Source: an uncultured delta proteobacterium (GTDB lineage Bacteria; Myxococcota_A; Polyangia; Polyangiales; Polyangiaceae). Taken from it: a stretch of DNA of 64,000 nucleotides. The notes under the pieces were generated by a model. The model made no database searches. It was not told the DNA's origin and saw nothing but the letters and a program-made list of their open reading frames with translations. This document shows positions 38,390 through 47,523 of the stretch, in pieces. Every line of letters starts with the position of its first letter. The stretch's first letter is position 1. Where the stretch lies: NCBI GenBank assembly GCA_963841435.1, contig CAWJCS010000005.1, forward strand, positions 224,001-288,000, written 5' to 3'. Made by a program: the position numbers and the translations under genes.

Positions 38390-40142
38390 CTATTTCGCGC
38401 CGGGCGACGGCTTCGCGCCGGGCGACGGCTTCGCGCCGGGCGACGGCTTCGCCTCGGGCGGCGGGTAGCTCGGCGGCTTGGGGTTGTCCGCCTCGTGCCG
38501 CTTCACGTCGATCTCGCCGAGCACGAGCGACGGCGTGATGATGGACGCGCCGCTCGTCTGATCGACGTTGAACACCGCGGGGTCCTTGCCCGCGCCGAGG
38601 ACGTCCTTGAGCGCGCGAAGCTCGAGCCCGTCGAGCGTGAGGCCGCGCACGGGCTCTTCCTTCTTGCCGGTGACGAGGTAGGCCTCCGCCGCGACGACGC
38701 CCTGTTCGACCGACACGGCCTCGTCGGCCGACATGCCGAACATGCCGCGCATCGCGAACACATGGCGCGGCGAGAGGCGTCTCACGACGTAGACTTTCGT
38801 CGCGGAGCCGTGCTTCTTCGCCTCGCGTTGGGCGAGATCGAGCAGCCGGTCACGCGAGAGCGGGCGGCGCGCCTGGACGACGAGCGTGGCGATGCCGGCA
38901 CCGCGCCCCATGCGAAAATGCGCGTTCGACTGGCGGATTTCCTTGCGCGGCGCGCGCGACATCAAGAGCGTCTTCAAGACGCCTTTCTCGATGAGCGAGA
39001 CGCGCCGCGCCGGCACGCCCTCGTCGTCGGCCGCGTAGTGACCCCAGAGTGCCTCGCCGCCCGGTCCCGCGGCGAGCGTGGCGTCGTCGAAAACGTCGAG
39101 CAGCGGCGAGACGACCTCGACGCCGAGGCGCGACGCGAGGCTGCGGTCGGTGTCCGCCGCCACGTAGCGCATGGGCGGCGTGCCCGAGAGGCGCTGCGCG
39201 AGGAGCGAGCGAACGAGCTGCGTCGCGGCGCGGCCTTCGAACAGCACGACGGCGCTACCGCTCTCGGCGAGCGGCGCCGTGCGGAACGTTTCCAGCCGCG
39301 CGACGGCGCGCCGTACCTCGGCCTCCATCGCTTCGAGCGACGGCAGCTTGCCCGCATCGTCGCTCGTGAAGTCGACGCCCTCACGCAGCTGCATGCCGTC
39401 GTCGGCTTGTGCCATGGCGCTCGCGCTGACGCGAACGCGCCGGTGCGTCTCGTCGGCCCAGGTGCCTTCGCTCGTGAGCAGGCGCCGCCTGAGCGTGATG
39501 CTCTGCGCGCCGGCACCCGAATCGACGAGCCCATGCCCCTCGGCGGCGGCGCTCGAAAGCCGTTCGACGACGCTCCGGAGCCGCGCGGCGTCGGCCGCCG
39601 AGTCGCGCGGCTTGTCGGGCACGACGGTTTCGTGGCGCGGCTCGGCCGCAAAATCCGGGTACGGGTCGCTGCGCTCGTTGACGCGCGCCGAGAGCGCGTT
39701 CTTTTTCTGGGCGAGCGACTCGAGCCCGTCCTTGTACTCGCTGTCGCTCTCGAGCCAGAGCTCGCGCCGCAAGGCGGCGTAGTCGTCTTCGAGCGGCGAG
39801 CCGCCGAACCCGACGCCGCGGCGACCGTACCAGACGCTCGAGCTATCGAGATCCGGCGTGCCGACGCGCAACGAGAACGTCGAGCGAGCGCGTGGGCATC
39901 GCGGACTCGAACGTGACGGCGCCGTGCGTCGCCATCGCCACGAAGAGCTCGCTGTCAACGGCCGTGTACGCGGCGAAATGAGTGTGCGGCTCGCCGGGCA
40001 GCGAAAGCTCGGTCGTCGTGCGCGCGAGCTCGTCGGCGAGAGCCCGGCGCAAAACGGCGTCGCCCGCCGGCGTCTGGGCGGCGGCGAGGCCCGGCGCGCA
40101 AACGAGCGCGAAGAGCGCACCGGCGAGCAGCGCGCGCCTCAC
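38390..40142 (-). CDS. TldD/PmbA (TldE-like) protein with signal peptide (frameshift at about 39875)
   Basis: N-terminus MRRALLAGALFALVCAPGLAAA in ORF 39843-40142 joins LRVGTPDLD...DDEGVPARRVSLIEKGVL...TPSLV. No HExxxH motif. Confidence 0.8.
38394..38452. repeat. 18-bp tandem repeat, about 3.3 copies, encoding (AKPSPG)n
   Basis: TTCGCGCCGGGCGACGGC at 38394, 38412 and 38430. Confidence 0.9.
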
Positions 40143-41950
40143 GGGGCACCTCCCGGTGCGGCGGGCGGCGGCGGCAAGATGGGCGGCTTGTCGTTCGCTT
40201 TGTCGCGCAGGGCGACCTCGATCTGCTGGACGAGCAGGCTCGGGCTCACGGCGGAAACCGGCACCCAGCCCGACTCGGCGCCGCAGCTACCGTTGAACAC
40301 GGCGTAGTGATCGTCGGCAGCGAGCACCTTGGTGAGCGAGACGAGCGGCGTGCCCACGATGTCGACGCCGCGAATGAGCTCGTCGGGGCGCCCATCCGTG
40401 AAGATCCGGTACACCATGACGGGCAAGAGCTTGTAGCCCTGCGTCGATTGGCGCGCCGTCTGCGTGTAGCCGCCCTCGATCTCCGCGAACAAGAGACCGT
40501 ACGGTTTGTGCTGGCGCTTCGCCTCGGCGACGAGCAGCCGGCGGAGCTCGGCGGCGGGCACCATGCGGCTCGGCTGCACGACGAGGTTCGCCTGGCGCGC
40601 CGTGGCAGCGCCGCTCAGCCGCCGGCCGTGCCCGTTGGAGCGCACGATGCCGCGCACGGGCACGCGGCTCATCAAGAAACCCTTGAGCACGCCGTCCTCG
40701 ACGAGCGACGCGCGCTGCGCGGGCACGCCCTCGTCGTCGAAGCGATAGAAACCGCTGAGCTCGGTGGGGCCGAGCGACCGGAGCCGCGGATCGTCGTACA
40801 CGCTCAAGAAAGGCGGCATGACGCGCTCGCCGAGCTTCTTCGCGAAGGTCTGCCCCTCGTCCTCGAGCTTCTGCCGCTCGCCCTCGATGCGATGACCGAA
40901 CGTCTCGTGGAAGAAGACGCCGGCGGCGCGACCACTGAGGATGGCTGGGCCCACGAAGGGCTCGGCGAGCTTGGCGCCACTGAGCGCCGCGAGGTCTCCC
41001 GCGATGCTGTCGGCCGCCGCGCCGAGCTTTTCGTCGTTCGGCAGGCCCGCTGGCGTCGAAGCCAGGAAATCCTCGCGCCGCGAGAGCTGCATGCCGTCGT
41101 CGGCGCGCGTGCTCGCACTGACGCTGAGCCGGTAGATGCGCTCACCGGTCTGGATCCGCGTTCCTTCGGAGGTCAGGATCCAGCGCGTGCCCGCGAAGGC
41201 CTCGATGCTCGCGTTGCCGCCGTGGATGCCCGGACGCTCGCGCAGCCGCGCGGAAATGGCGCGCAGGCGCCCTTGCCACTCTGCCTCACCGATCTCGAGC
41301 GGCAGCGCGGGCGGGCCGATGTGTCGGACCGGCGTCTCGCGCGAAAAGTCACCCGAGTGGTCCTCAATGTCAACCTTGACGCTGCCCTTCGACCGCACGG
41401 CGAGGAAGCGCTCGCTGGCGTTGCGATACACCTCGTCGATCTCCTGCCAGGCGAGGTGCCGGAGCGCGTCGTCGGATTCGGGACGATCAGCGGGCAGCAT
41501 GGCGGTCGAGCCGCCGCCGGTCTCGCCGTCGATTGGATGCGTCGAGTCGAGCTCGTACTTGCCGACGCGCACGTCGGTCATGAGAACGCGCATCTTGACG
41601 TGGTTTTTTCCCGTGACGGCGCCGTTCGCCGTCGCGACCCGCACGATGTCGTAGTCGGTGACCTCCTGGCCGATGAAGTAGGGAGCGAGGTCGCCGCGCC
41701 CGCCGAGCAACGTCATGGCGCGCTCGATCTCCGCGCCCATGACGTCCATACCGTGCGGAACGGGATGCTCGGGCTCCTCTCCCGGCTCGAGGCTCGAGAA
41801 CGAAGGTGCGGGCGCCCGGGCCACGGCCGCGCCTGCGGGCGCCCTGGGCGCAGCCGCGCCTTCCCCGCCGCAGCGGCACAGGGAGAGGCCGAGGGCAGCG
41901 ACCACCGCCGGCCGCGAAGCGAGAAGACGCCCCATGCGTGCTCCCGCCAT
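40139..41950 (-). CDS. tldD: TldD family metalloprotease, probable exported or lipoprotein form
   Basis: FFHETFGHRIE, FDDEGVPAQR, SNGHGR, GSCGAESGWVPV. Basic then hydrophobic N-terminus ending in Cys. GTGA overlap with its partner. Confidence 0.88.
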   Translation of the reverse strand: MAGARMGRLLASRPAVVAALGLSLCRCGGEGAAAPRAPAGAAVARAPAPSFSSLEPGEEPEHPVPHGMDVMGAEIERAMTLLGGRGDLAPYFIGQEVTDYDIVRVATANGAVTGKNHVKMRVLMTDVRVGKYELDSTHPIDGETGGGSTAMLPADRPESDDALRHLAWQEIDEVYRNASERFLAVRSKGSVKVDIEDHSGDFSRETPVRHIGPPALPLEIGEAEWQGRLRAISARLRERPGIHGGNASIEAFAGTRWILTSEGTRIQTGERIYRLSVSASTRADDGMQLSRREDFLASTPAGLPNDEKLGAAADSIAGDLAALSGAKLAEPFVGPAILSGRAAGVFFHETFGHRIEGERQKLEDEGQTFAKKLGERVMPPFLSVYDDPRLRSLGPTELSGFYRFDDEGVPAQRASLVEDGVLKGFLMSRVPVRGIVRSNGHGRRLSGAATARQANLVVQPSRMVPAAELRRLLVAEAKRQHKPYGLLFAEIEGGYTQTARQSTQGYKLLPVMVYRIFTDGRPDELIRGVDIVGTPLVSLTKVLAADDHYAVFNGSCGAESGWVPVSAVSPSLLVQQIEVALRDKANDKPPILPPPPAAPGGAP

Positions 41951-42054
41951 GAGTAACACAATTGCGCCCGCCCCGGGGGGCCTCCTCGGGGGGCGGCCCC
42001 CCGCCGAAAAAAATCCGCCGCCCGTGTCGATCGGGGCTCGAGCCGGACGTCGCC

Positions 42055-42078
42055 TGGTCACGTGGTCACGTGGTCACG
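42055..42078. repeat. 8-bp tandem repeat (TGGTCACG)x3 in a divergent intergenic region
   Basis: Three exact adjacent copies. Confidence 0.85.
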
Positions 42079-42157
42079 ACCCAGAACGACGCCCCTCTGG
42101 CGCACCCACGCGTACACCCTTTTTTTTCCTCAATCTCCAAGTTAATCAGCGAGGCCC

Positions 42158-42844
42158 ATGATGTCCACAGCACCCCTTCTGTTGAACGACGACGGCACCG
42201 CGTCGATGGCGACCGCGCTCATGCTGTCGCACCACGCCTTCCGCCGTGATCTGGCGCGCTTCGCTCGCGCCCTCGAGCGCATGGCAAAGGGCGACACGTC
42301 GCGGGCCGCCGCCGTGAGCGAGGAGTGGCAAAAGCTCCACGCCGCCCTCCACGGGCACCACGAGGCCGAGGACAACGGCATGTTTCCTGGCATGGCCGCC
42401 GAGCACCCGTCGGCGCGCGCGACCATCGAACGGCTCGGCGCGGATCACCGCCGCATCGACCCGCTGCTCGAGCGCGGCGACCTCGCGTTCGCCGAGCTGC
42501 CGAAGACGGAGGGCGCCTTGGCCGTCGTGAACGAGCTGACCGAGCTGCTCCGTCCTCATCTCGCGACGGAAGAGGCGGAGCTCATCCCGTTCATTCGTGG
42601 CGCGAAGCAGTTCCCGCCGCCTGCGACGGAAGCCGAAGCCGAGCTCTACGCCGGCGGCTTTGCCTGGGCGATGCACGGCATCGCGCCCGACGTGCTCGAA
42701 AAGGTCCACGTCATGCTCCCCGAGAACCTGCGCGCGAAGCTGCCCGAAGCGCGCCGGGAGTTCGACGCGCGCTGCGAGCGCGTGTGGGGGTCGGCGAAGG
42801 CCGGCGCGGCGCGCACGCCGATTCCGGAACTGGAAAACCTCTAG
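42158..42844 (+). CDS. Hemerythrin/HHE domain protein
   Basis: HHAFRRDL, LHGHHEAED, ADH, HLATEEAEL. Confidence 0.85.
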   Translation: MMSTAPLLLNDDGTASMATALMLSHHAFRRDLARFARALERMAKGDTSRAAAVSEEWQKLHAALHGHHEAEDNGMFPGMAAEHPSARATIERLGADHRRIDPLLERGDLAFAELPKTEGALAVVNELTELLRPHLATEEAELIPFIRGAKQFPPPATEAEAELYAGGFAWAMHGIAPDVLEKVHVMLPENLRAKLPEARREFDARCERVWGSAKAGAARTPIPELENL

Positions 42845-44426
42845 CGCGCCCGCCAAAACCAGCCCCAGATCGTGCGCGTCTCGCGCTGCGAGTCACGAAG
42901 AGCAGAAGAAGCAGGGTGAAAACGGCGCCGTTCGGGGCCGGTCGCCGTGCCGTGCGGCAGCTGCAACCCCCGTCCGCGGCAGAGGTGGCGCCGTTCGGTG
43001 CTCCCGCCGAGCCGTTCGGTGCGCCCGCGGCGCCGTTTTGAGCGCCCGCTTCGCCGCCGTTCGGCGCCGTGCCGCAGACGAGCGCCCCCGGCGACGGCGC
43101 AGGCTTTTCGTCGCCGCACGCATTGAGCTGTGCGCAGAGCCCGACGCCGACGGGCGCCGTCGGATCGCTACTTTGCCACTCCTCGGCGCACGGGCCGCTC
43201 TCGCCACCTTCAAAGGGCGCGGGGCCACGGACGTCGCGCAGCTTCAGGAGCGGCGAGAAATCACCGACGCTCGCCGGAGCGCCGCTTCCCGCGTAGAGCC
43301 CAAGGTGAAAATCCGCGCTTTCCGCAGCGGCGCCGAGCGGATCGCGCTCGAGGGCGCACGCGTACAGGCCCTGCTCGGCGAAGCGCAGGCAGCTCACGTC
43401 CAAATCGGTGACGGCGTGCTCGAACGCGAGGTCGCTCGTGCTCGCCCAGTAGAGCCCGACGGCGTCCGGCGACGAGATCGTCTCGTCGGCGCGCGGATCG
43501 CCGTAGCCGGCCGCCACGGCCGTGCCGTCGAGCGAGATCGCGAAACCGAGCAGATTCGCGGGCTCGCGCAACACCTCCTCGAAAGAATCGCCGCCGTCGC
43601 GACTCACGACGAGCGAATCGTCGCGCTCGTAGCGCCCCTCGGTCGTCAGCACGCGCCGCGCGACGCGTAAATAAACCTGATCGGCGTCCGTGGGCGACAC
43701 GCCACCGAGGTACGCGCCGAGCACCGACTCTGGATCCTCGAGCACCAGCGGCGCCTGATGAAACCGAGCGCCGCCGTCGTCGCTCACGAGCAGCACGGGG
43801 TCGTTGGCGAGCGTGCCGCTCACGTAGAGGCGATCGGGATCCGACGGGGCCGCGTCGAGCGTGAGGCCGAAGTCGAGCTCGCTCGGCGGGAGTGCCGCGC
43901 CGACGCGGTGGAACGCGCCGGTCGCGTCCGACTCGTACAGGCGGTGCTCCGTCGTGAAGCGCTGCTCGTCGAGCATCGCGACGAGCGCGAGCACGGGCGC
44001 CGCCTCACCCGCGCCACGCCGGCAAACATCGACAATCTGCCCGGTCTCGGCGCCCGCGGGGGGCGTGGCCTCGAAGAACGCCCAGTTTTCGGGCAAGGAC
44101 GGCTCGGTCTCGAACGTGCAGCCCCGGTCGCGCGACACGCGCACGGAGTGCCGCGAGCCCGTGAGGATGGCGCCGCCCGGACCGAGCTCGAGCAGCGGGT
44201 CCATCGTGTAGGTGCCGGGCGGCTTGCCGAAGATCTCGGACTCGCAATCGTAGTAAAAGTCCGCGCCGCCGTTCGTCGTGACGAGCAGCCCGTACGTCCC
44301 CGCGAGCACGAGCGTCTCCTGATCGACGACGCGAAGCTGCTGCGCGTTCGGGTAGCGGCCGTTCGCGCGGGCGGGCGCGGCGACGAGAAGCGCTGCGGCA
44401 ACGCACGCCGCGGCGCCGACTTTCAG
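42711..44426 (-). CDS. Exported BNR/Asp-box beta-propeller protein with MYXO-CTERM-like tail
   Basis: Signal peptide ...PARA/NGRYP; Asp-boxes (TTNGG, SRDRGCTF, SDDGGARF, SRDGGDSF); GGCSC + hydrophobic + Arg tail. Both ends uncertain. Confidence 0.72.
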   Translation of the reverse strand: MKVGAAACVAAALLVAAPARANGRYPNAQQLRVVDQETLVLAGTYGLLVTTNGGADFYYDCESEIFGKPPGTYTMDPLLELGPGGAILTGSRHSVRVSRDRGCTFETEPSLPENWAFFEATPPAGAETGQIVDVCRRGAGEAAPVLALVAMLDEQRFTTEHRLYESDATGAFHRVGAALPPSELDFGLTLDAAPSDPDRLYVSGTLANDPVLLVSDDGGARFHQAPLVLEDPESVLGAYLGGVSPTDADQVYLRVARRVLTTEGRYERDDSLVVSRDGGDSFEEVLREPANLLGFAISLDGTAVAAGYGDPRADETISSPDAVGLYWASTSDLAFEHAVTDLDVSCLRFAEQGLYACALERDPLGAAAESADFHLGLYAGSGAPASVGDFSPLLKLRDVRGPAPFEGGESGPCAEEWQSSDPTAPVGVGLCAQLNACGDEKPAPSPGALVCGTAPNGGEAGAQNGAAGAPNGSAGAPNGATSAADGGCSCRTARRPAPNGAVFTLLLLLFVTRSARRARSGAGFGGRARGFPVPESACAPRRPSPTPTRARSARRTPGALRAASRAGSRGA

Positions 44427-46057
44427 TAAAAGAGGTACACCCACCAGTTGTGCATCGCGCTGCCGTCGCCGCTCGTTGCCTGCGTACCGTAGCTCGGGAA
44501 GTTTTGATAGAGGTACGTCGTGCCGTGGCCTCCGCAATCGTCGTCACAGGCGGGCTGATTGGCGGGGCACGTGCGCTGGCTCCTGCCGTAGAACCCGTCG
44601 GTCATCGCGTTGGTGTACGTGGTGGTGAGGTCTTTGCCACCGGTGCCGTTCTTCAAGCCGTAGTTCTCGCAGGAGGTGAGCACCGTGGGGTCCGGCATGT
44701 TCGCGTCGTAGGAATAGGTCCCGGTCGTGTTGGGGTAGAAGTGCGCGTTGCCGCAGCCCTCCGACATGTCGGCGATGTCGAACGAGCGTGAGGCGCTCGG
44801 CCCCGAGCGCGCGTGAATCTGCGAATCCCACACGATGCAGTCGGTGAGCTGCGTGCTGTTGCTGTTGCACGCGTTGTAAAAGTTCGAAAACGGCGCTCCC
44901 ACGCGCGTGTCGAGATCCCAGTTCAAGAAGCGCTCGGCCTGCTTGGCGAGCATCGGCACGGCGTTCGAATCCATGTAGCGCTCCCACGCGTGTCCCATGG
45001 CGTGCTGGTGACAGCCGGATCCGCGCCCTGAGTTGAAGTCGGTGATGCGCACCGTGACCTTGCAGCCGAGGTTCGTGATGCTGTCGCCGTTGGAGACGTT
45101 GCGGAACTGGTTGGCCATCTTGTTGCCGTCGGCGTCGTAGGCTTGCTTCGACTCCTGCGTCTCGCCGCACTTCGGATTCGAGCTTGCCATGCACCAGACT
45201 TCGTTGATGACGCCCTTCTCGAACAAGCCGCACAGCGTGAGGTTCGGGCCGGTCGGATCGGCGGGATCCTTGATTTGAAGATTCGTGTCGGCGAACGACT
45301 GCGAGTTCCACGACGTGTAGTCGATGCGCGTGCCCTTGCTCGCCTGGGCAACCTTGACGAGCTCGTACGAGAGCATCGGCGTCGCCGCGGCGTCCTTGTA
45401 TTTGTGGAAGCTGCTCGCCTCCTTGAGCGCCGCGATGTGCTGATCGACGAGCGACTGCGCGCTCGCGGTGTTCTCGAGGTCGATCACGAGCACCTTGGGC
45501 CGGAGCTCGACGATGCGGTCGTGGTTTTCGACGAGCCACGGATCGGAGTTCGCCTGACTCTCGTCGTTCGGCCACACGACGCCGCCGCCCGCGCCCGCCG
45601 TGCCGCCCGCACCGGCGCCGGCACCCGCGCTGCCACCTGCGCCCGCGCCCGCGTCGCCGCCCGACGCGCCGCTTGCACCGGCCGTTCCTCCGCTGCCCGC
45701 GCCGAGCTCGCCCGCCGTCCCGCCGGTCGCTCCGGCGGCTCCGCCCCCTGCGCTTCCGCCGACGCCACTGGTCCCTCCCGCGCCCGCAGCGAGACCGCCC
45801 GTGCCGCCCGCAACCGCGCCCGACGTGCCACCCGTCGCCGCGCCCGACGTTCCGGCGCTGCCGCCAGTTCCGCCCGACGCCGGCGTCCCCGCGCCCGAGC
45901 TCCCGGCCGACGCGCCGCCGGTTGCCGTTCCACCGACTCCCACACCGCCCGTTCCACCCGACGTTTCCGTGGTTGGATCGCTGCTGCAGCCGACTCCGAG
46001 AAGACAAACGGAGCCGAGCAGGGAGACGGCCACGGCGGAGCGATGGTCACGCTTCAT
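44423..46057 (-). CDS. Lipoprotein with Gly linker and possible zincin-like domain
   Basis: LGVGC lipobox and long Gly tract; INEVW, FNSGRG, HAMGHAWE, GCGNAHF. Confidence 0.7.
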   Translation of the reverse strand: MKRDHRSAVAVSLLGSVCLLGVGCSSDPTTETSGGTGGVGVGGTATGGASAGSSGAGTPASGGTGGSAGTSGAATGGTSGAVAGGTGGLAAGAGGTSGVGGSAGGGAAGATGGTAGELGAGSGGTAGASGASGGDAGAGAGGSAGAGAGAGGTAGAGGGVVWPNDESQANSDPWLVENHDRIVELRPKVLVIDLENTASAQSLVDQHIAALKEASSFHKYKDAAATPMLSYELVKVAQASKGTRIDYTSWNSQSFADTNLQIKDPADPTGPNLTLCGLFEKGVINEVWCMASSNPKCGETQESKQAYDADGNKMANQFRNVSNGDSITNLGCKVTVRITDFNSGRGSGCHQHAMGHAWERYMDSNAVPMLAKQAERFLNWDLDTRVGAPFSNFYNACNSNSTQLTDCIVWDSQIHARSGPSASRSFDIADMSEGCGNAHFYPNTTGTYSYDANMPDPTVLTSCENYGLKNGTGGKDLTTTYTNAMTDGFYGRSQRTCPANQPACDDDCGGHGTTYLYQNFPSYGTQATSGDGSAMHNWWVYLFY

Positions 46058-46176
46058 CGACAATCAGGTGCCGGCCCGACAGACTGAAGACCCAAGTTTC
46101 GAGGTCGGGGTCCTTTCGCCCTCGCGCGCGGCCGTCTGCGACGAAAAGATTCGCCGACCCGAGAAGCCATCGGCGG

Positions 46177-47523
46177 CTACTCGGGCCCCGAGTAGAGGTC
46201 CTTCGCCAGCGTGTCGAAGCCGAAGGCGTAGCCGACGCCGCTGTTGAGCTTCCACTTGGACGTGCCGTCGGGGGACACCCGCTCCATCTGTCCCGCCGCC
46301 GACCAGTTCACGAACGTGTCGCCGTCGGCGAGTCGCGCGGGCTCGCCGAGCACGAACGTGTAGACCGGAGGGTCGGCCGTGTAGCGCCACACCTCGGTGG
46401 CGACGTTCGCCTCGAAGTCGAGCTCGTACTCGAGCACGCGAGATTCGTCGCCGGAGCTACCGTCGTTGTCGAACACCAGGATGTGATTTTGGCGGACCTC
46501 GAACTGGTGCTGGTGGAGAAAGTGCGCGGAGCCGGGAGCGAAATCGAACGTGCCGCCGAAGGTGCCGAGCACCCACTCGCAGGCACCCGAGGCGCGGTCG
46601 ATCTTCACGATGCTGCTGAAATTGCGCATCCCGAGGTAGTACGCCTCCTCTTCGGGGTCGTAGTCGAGCGCGTTCGCGAAGGTCCAGCCGAGCTCGATGT
46701 CGTCACCCGGGGTCGTCGCCGGATCGAAGCAGTCCCAGGCGCTCCACACCGTGCTGATCTCGCCCTCGGGGTCAACCTCGACAATCTCGTCGCCGCGCAG
46801 CGTCTTGCCGTCGAAGTCGCGATACTCGACCACCATCGCGCCCAGCGTGCCGTCCGGGTGCTCGACGAAGTCGTGCGCGAGAAGCGGCAGCGGCACCGAC
46901 AACGTCTGCGTGCCGTCGAGCGACACGCGCACGAGCTCCGACGCCTCCGACGGTGTGCCCGAGATGCTGGCGGCGTTGTAGAGGATGCTCTTTCGGTCGA
47001 CGGAGAGCCGGGCCCGGTAAAAATCGAGATCGCGATCGTCCTCGTGGTACCAGACGATCTTGCCGTCGGCGTCGATCACGAGCACGGCCGTCGTCGCGCC
47101 GAGCACGGGCACGAGAACGAAGCCGTCGTGCCCCTCGCCCGTGAGCGAGAGCGGTGGCATCCCGAGTGGCAGATCGCCCGTGCGGATGCTCAGCGTGCCG
47201 CTTGCCGAGCCGCCCTCGCCCGTGGTGACGACGCGATAATAGTAGGTCGTGTCGGCTTCGAGGCCGAGCAAGTCCTGCTCGTGGGCGGTGCTCGCCGCGC
47301 CTTCGAGAGGTGTTCTCGACCCCAGGCTCTCGGTCGGGCCGTACTCGACGTAGGCCGTGGCGGGCTCGCTCGTCCTGAAGCTCACCTTGACGACCGTCGA
47401 GATGGCGTCGCTCAGGCGCGCCGAAATGTTCTCGGGCGCGCCGCCGTCCGACCCGCCGCACGAAACGATGCAACAGACGGCGACGCTCGCAACGAGCCAC
47501 GTTGCGGCACGTCCGGCGCTCAG
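46177..47523 (-). CDS. Arylsulfotransferase-like lipoprotein with N-terminal FN3-like domain
   Basis: IVSC lipobox; LEADTTYYYRV, IDADGKIVWY, AHD, ANALDYD, HQH, LVFDN. Start possibly CTG. Confidence 0.78.
   Translation of the reverse strand: MSAGRAATWLVASVAVCCIVSCGGSDGGAPENISARLSDAISTVVKVSFRTSEPATAYVEYGPTESLGSRTPLEGAASTAHEQDLLGLEADTTYYYRVVTTGEGGSASGTLSIRTGDLPLGMPPLSLTGEGHDGFVLVPVLGATTAVLVIDADGKIVWYHEDDRDLDFYRARLSVDRKSILYNAASISGTPSEASELVRVSLDGTQTLSVPLPLLAHDFVEHPDGTLGAMVVEYRDFDGKTLRGDEIVEVDPEGEISTVWSAWDCFDPATTPGDDIELGWTFANALDYDPEEEAYYLGMRNFSSIVKIDRASGACEWVLGTFGGTFDFAPGSAHFLHQHQFEVRQNHILVFDNDGSSGDESRVLEYELDFEANVATEVWRYTADPPVYTFVLGEPARLADGDTFVNWSAAGQMERVSPDGTSKWKLNSGVGYAFGFDTLAKDLYSGPE

Noticed and set aside
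38394-38452. 18-bp repeats as a possible CRISPR array
   Set aside because: No spacers and no cas genes; it is an in-frame coding repeat.
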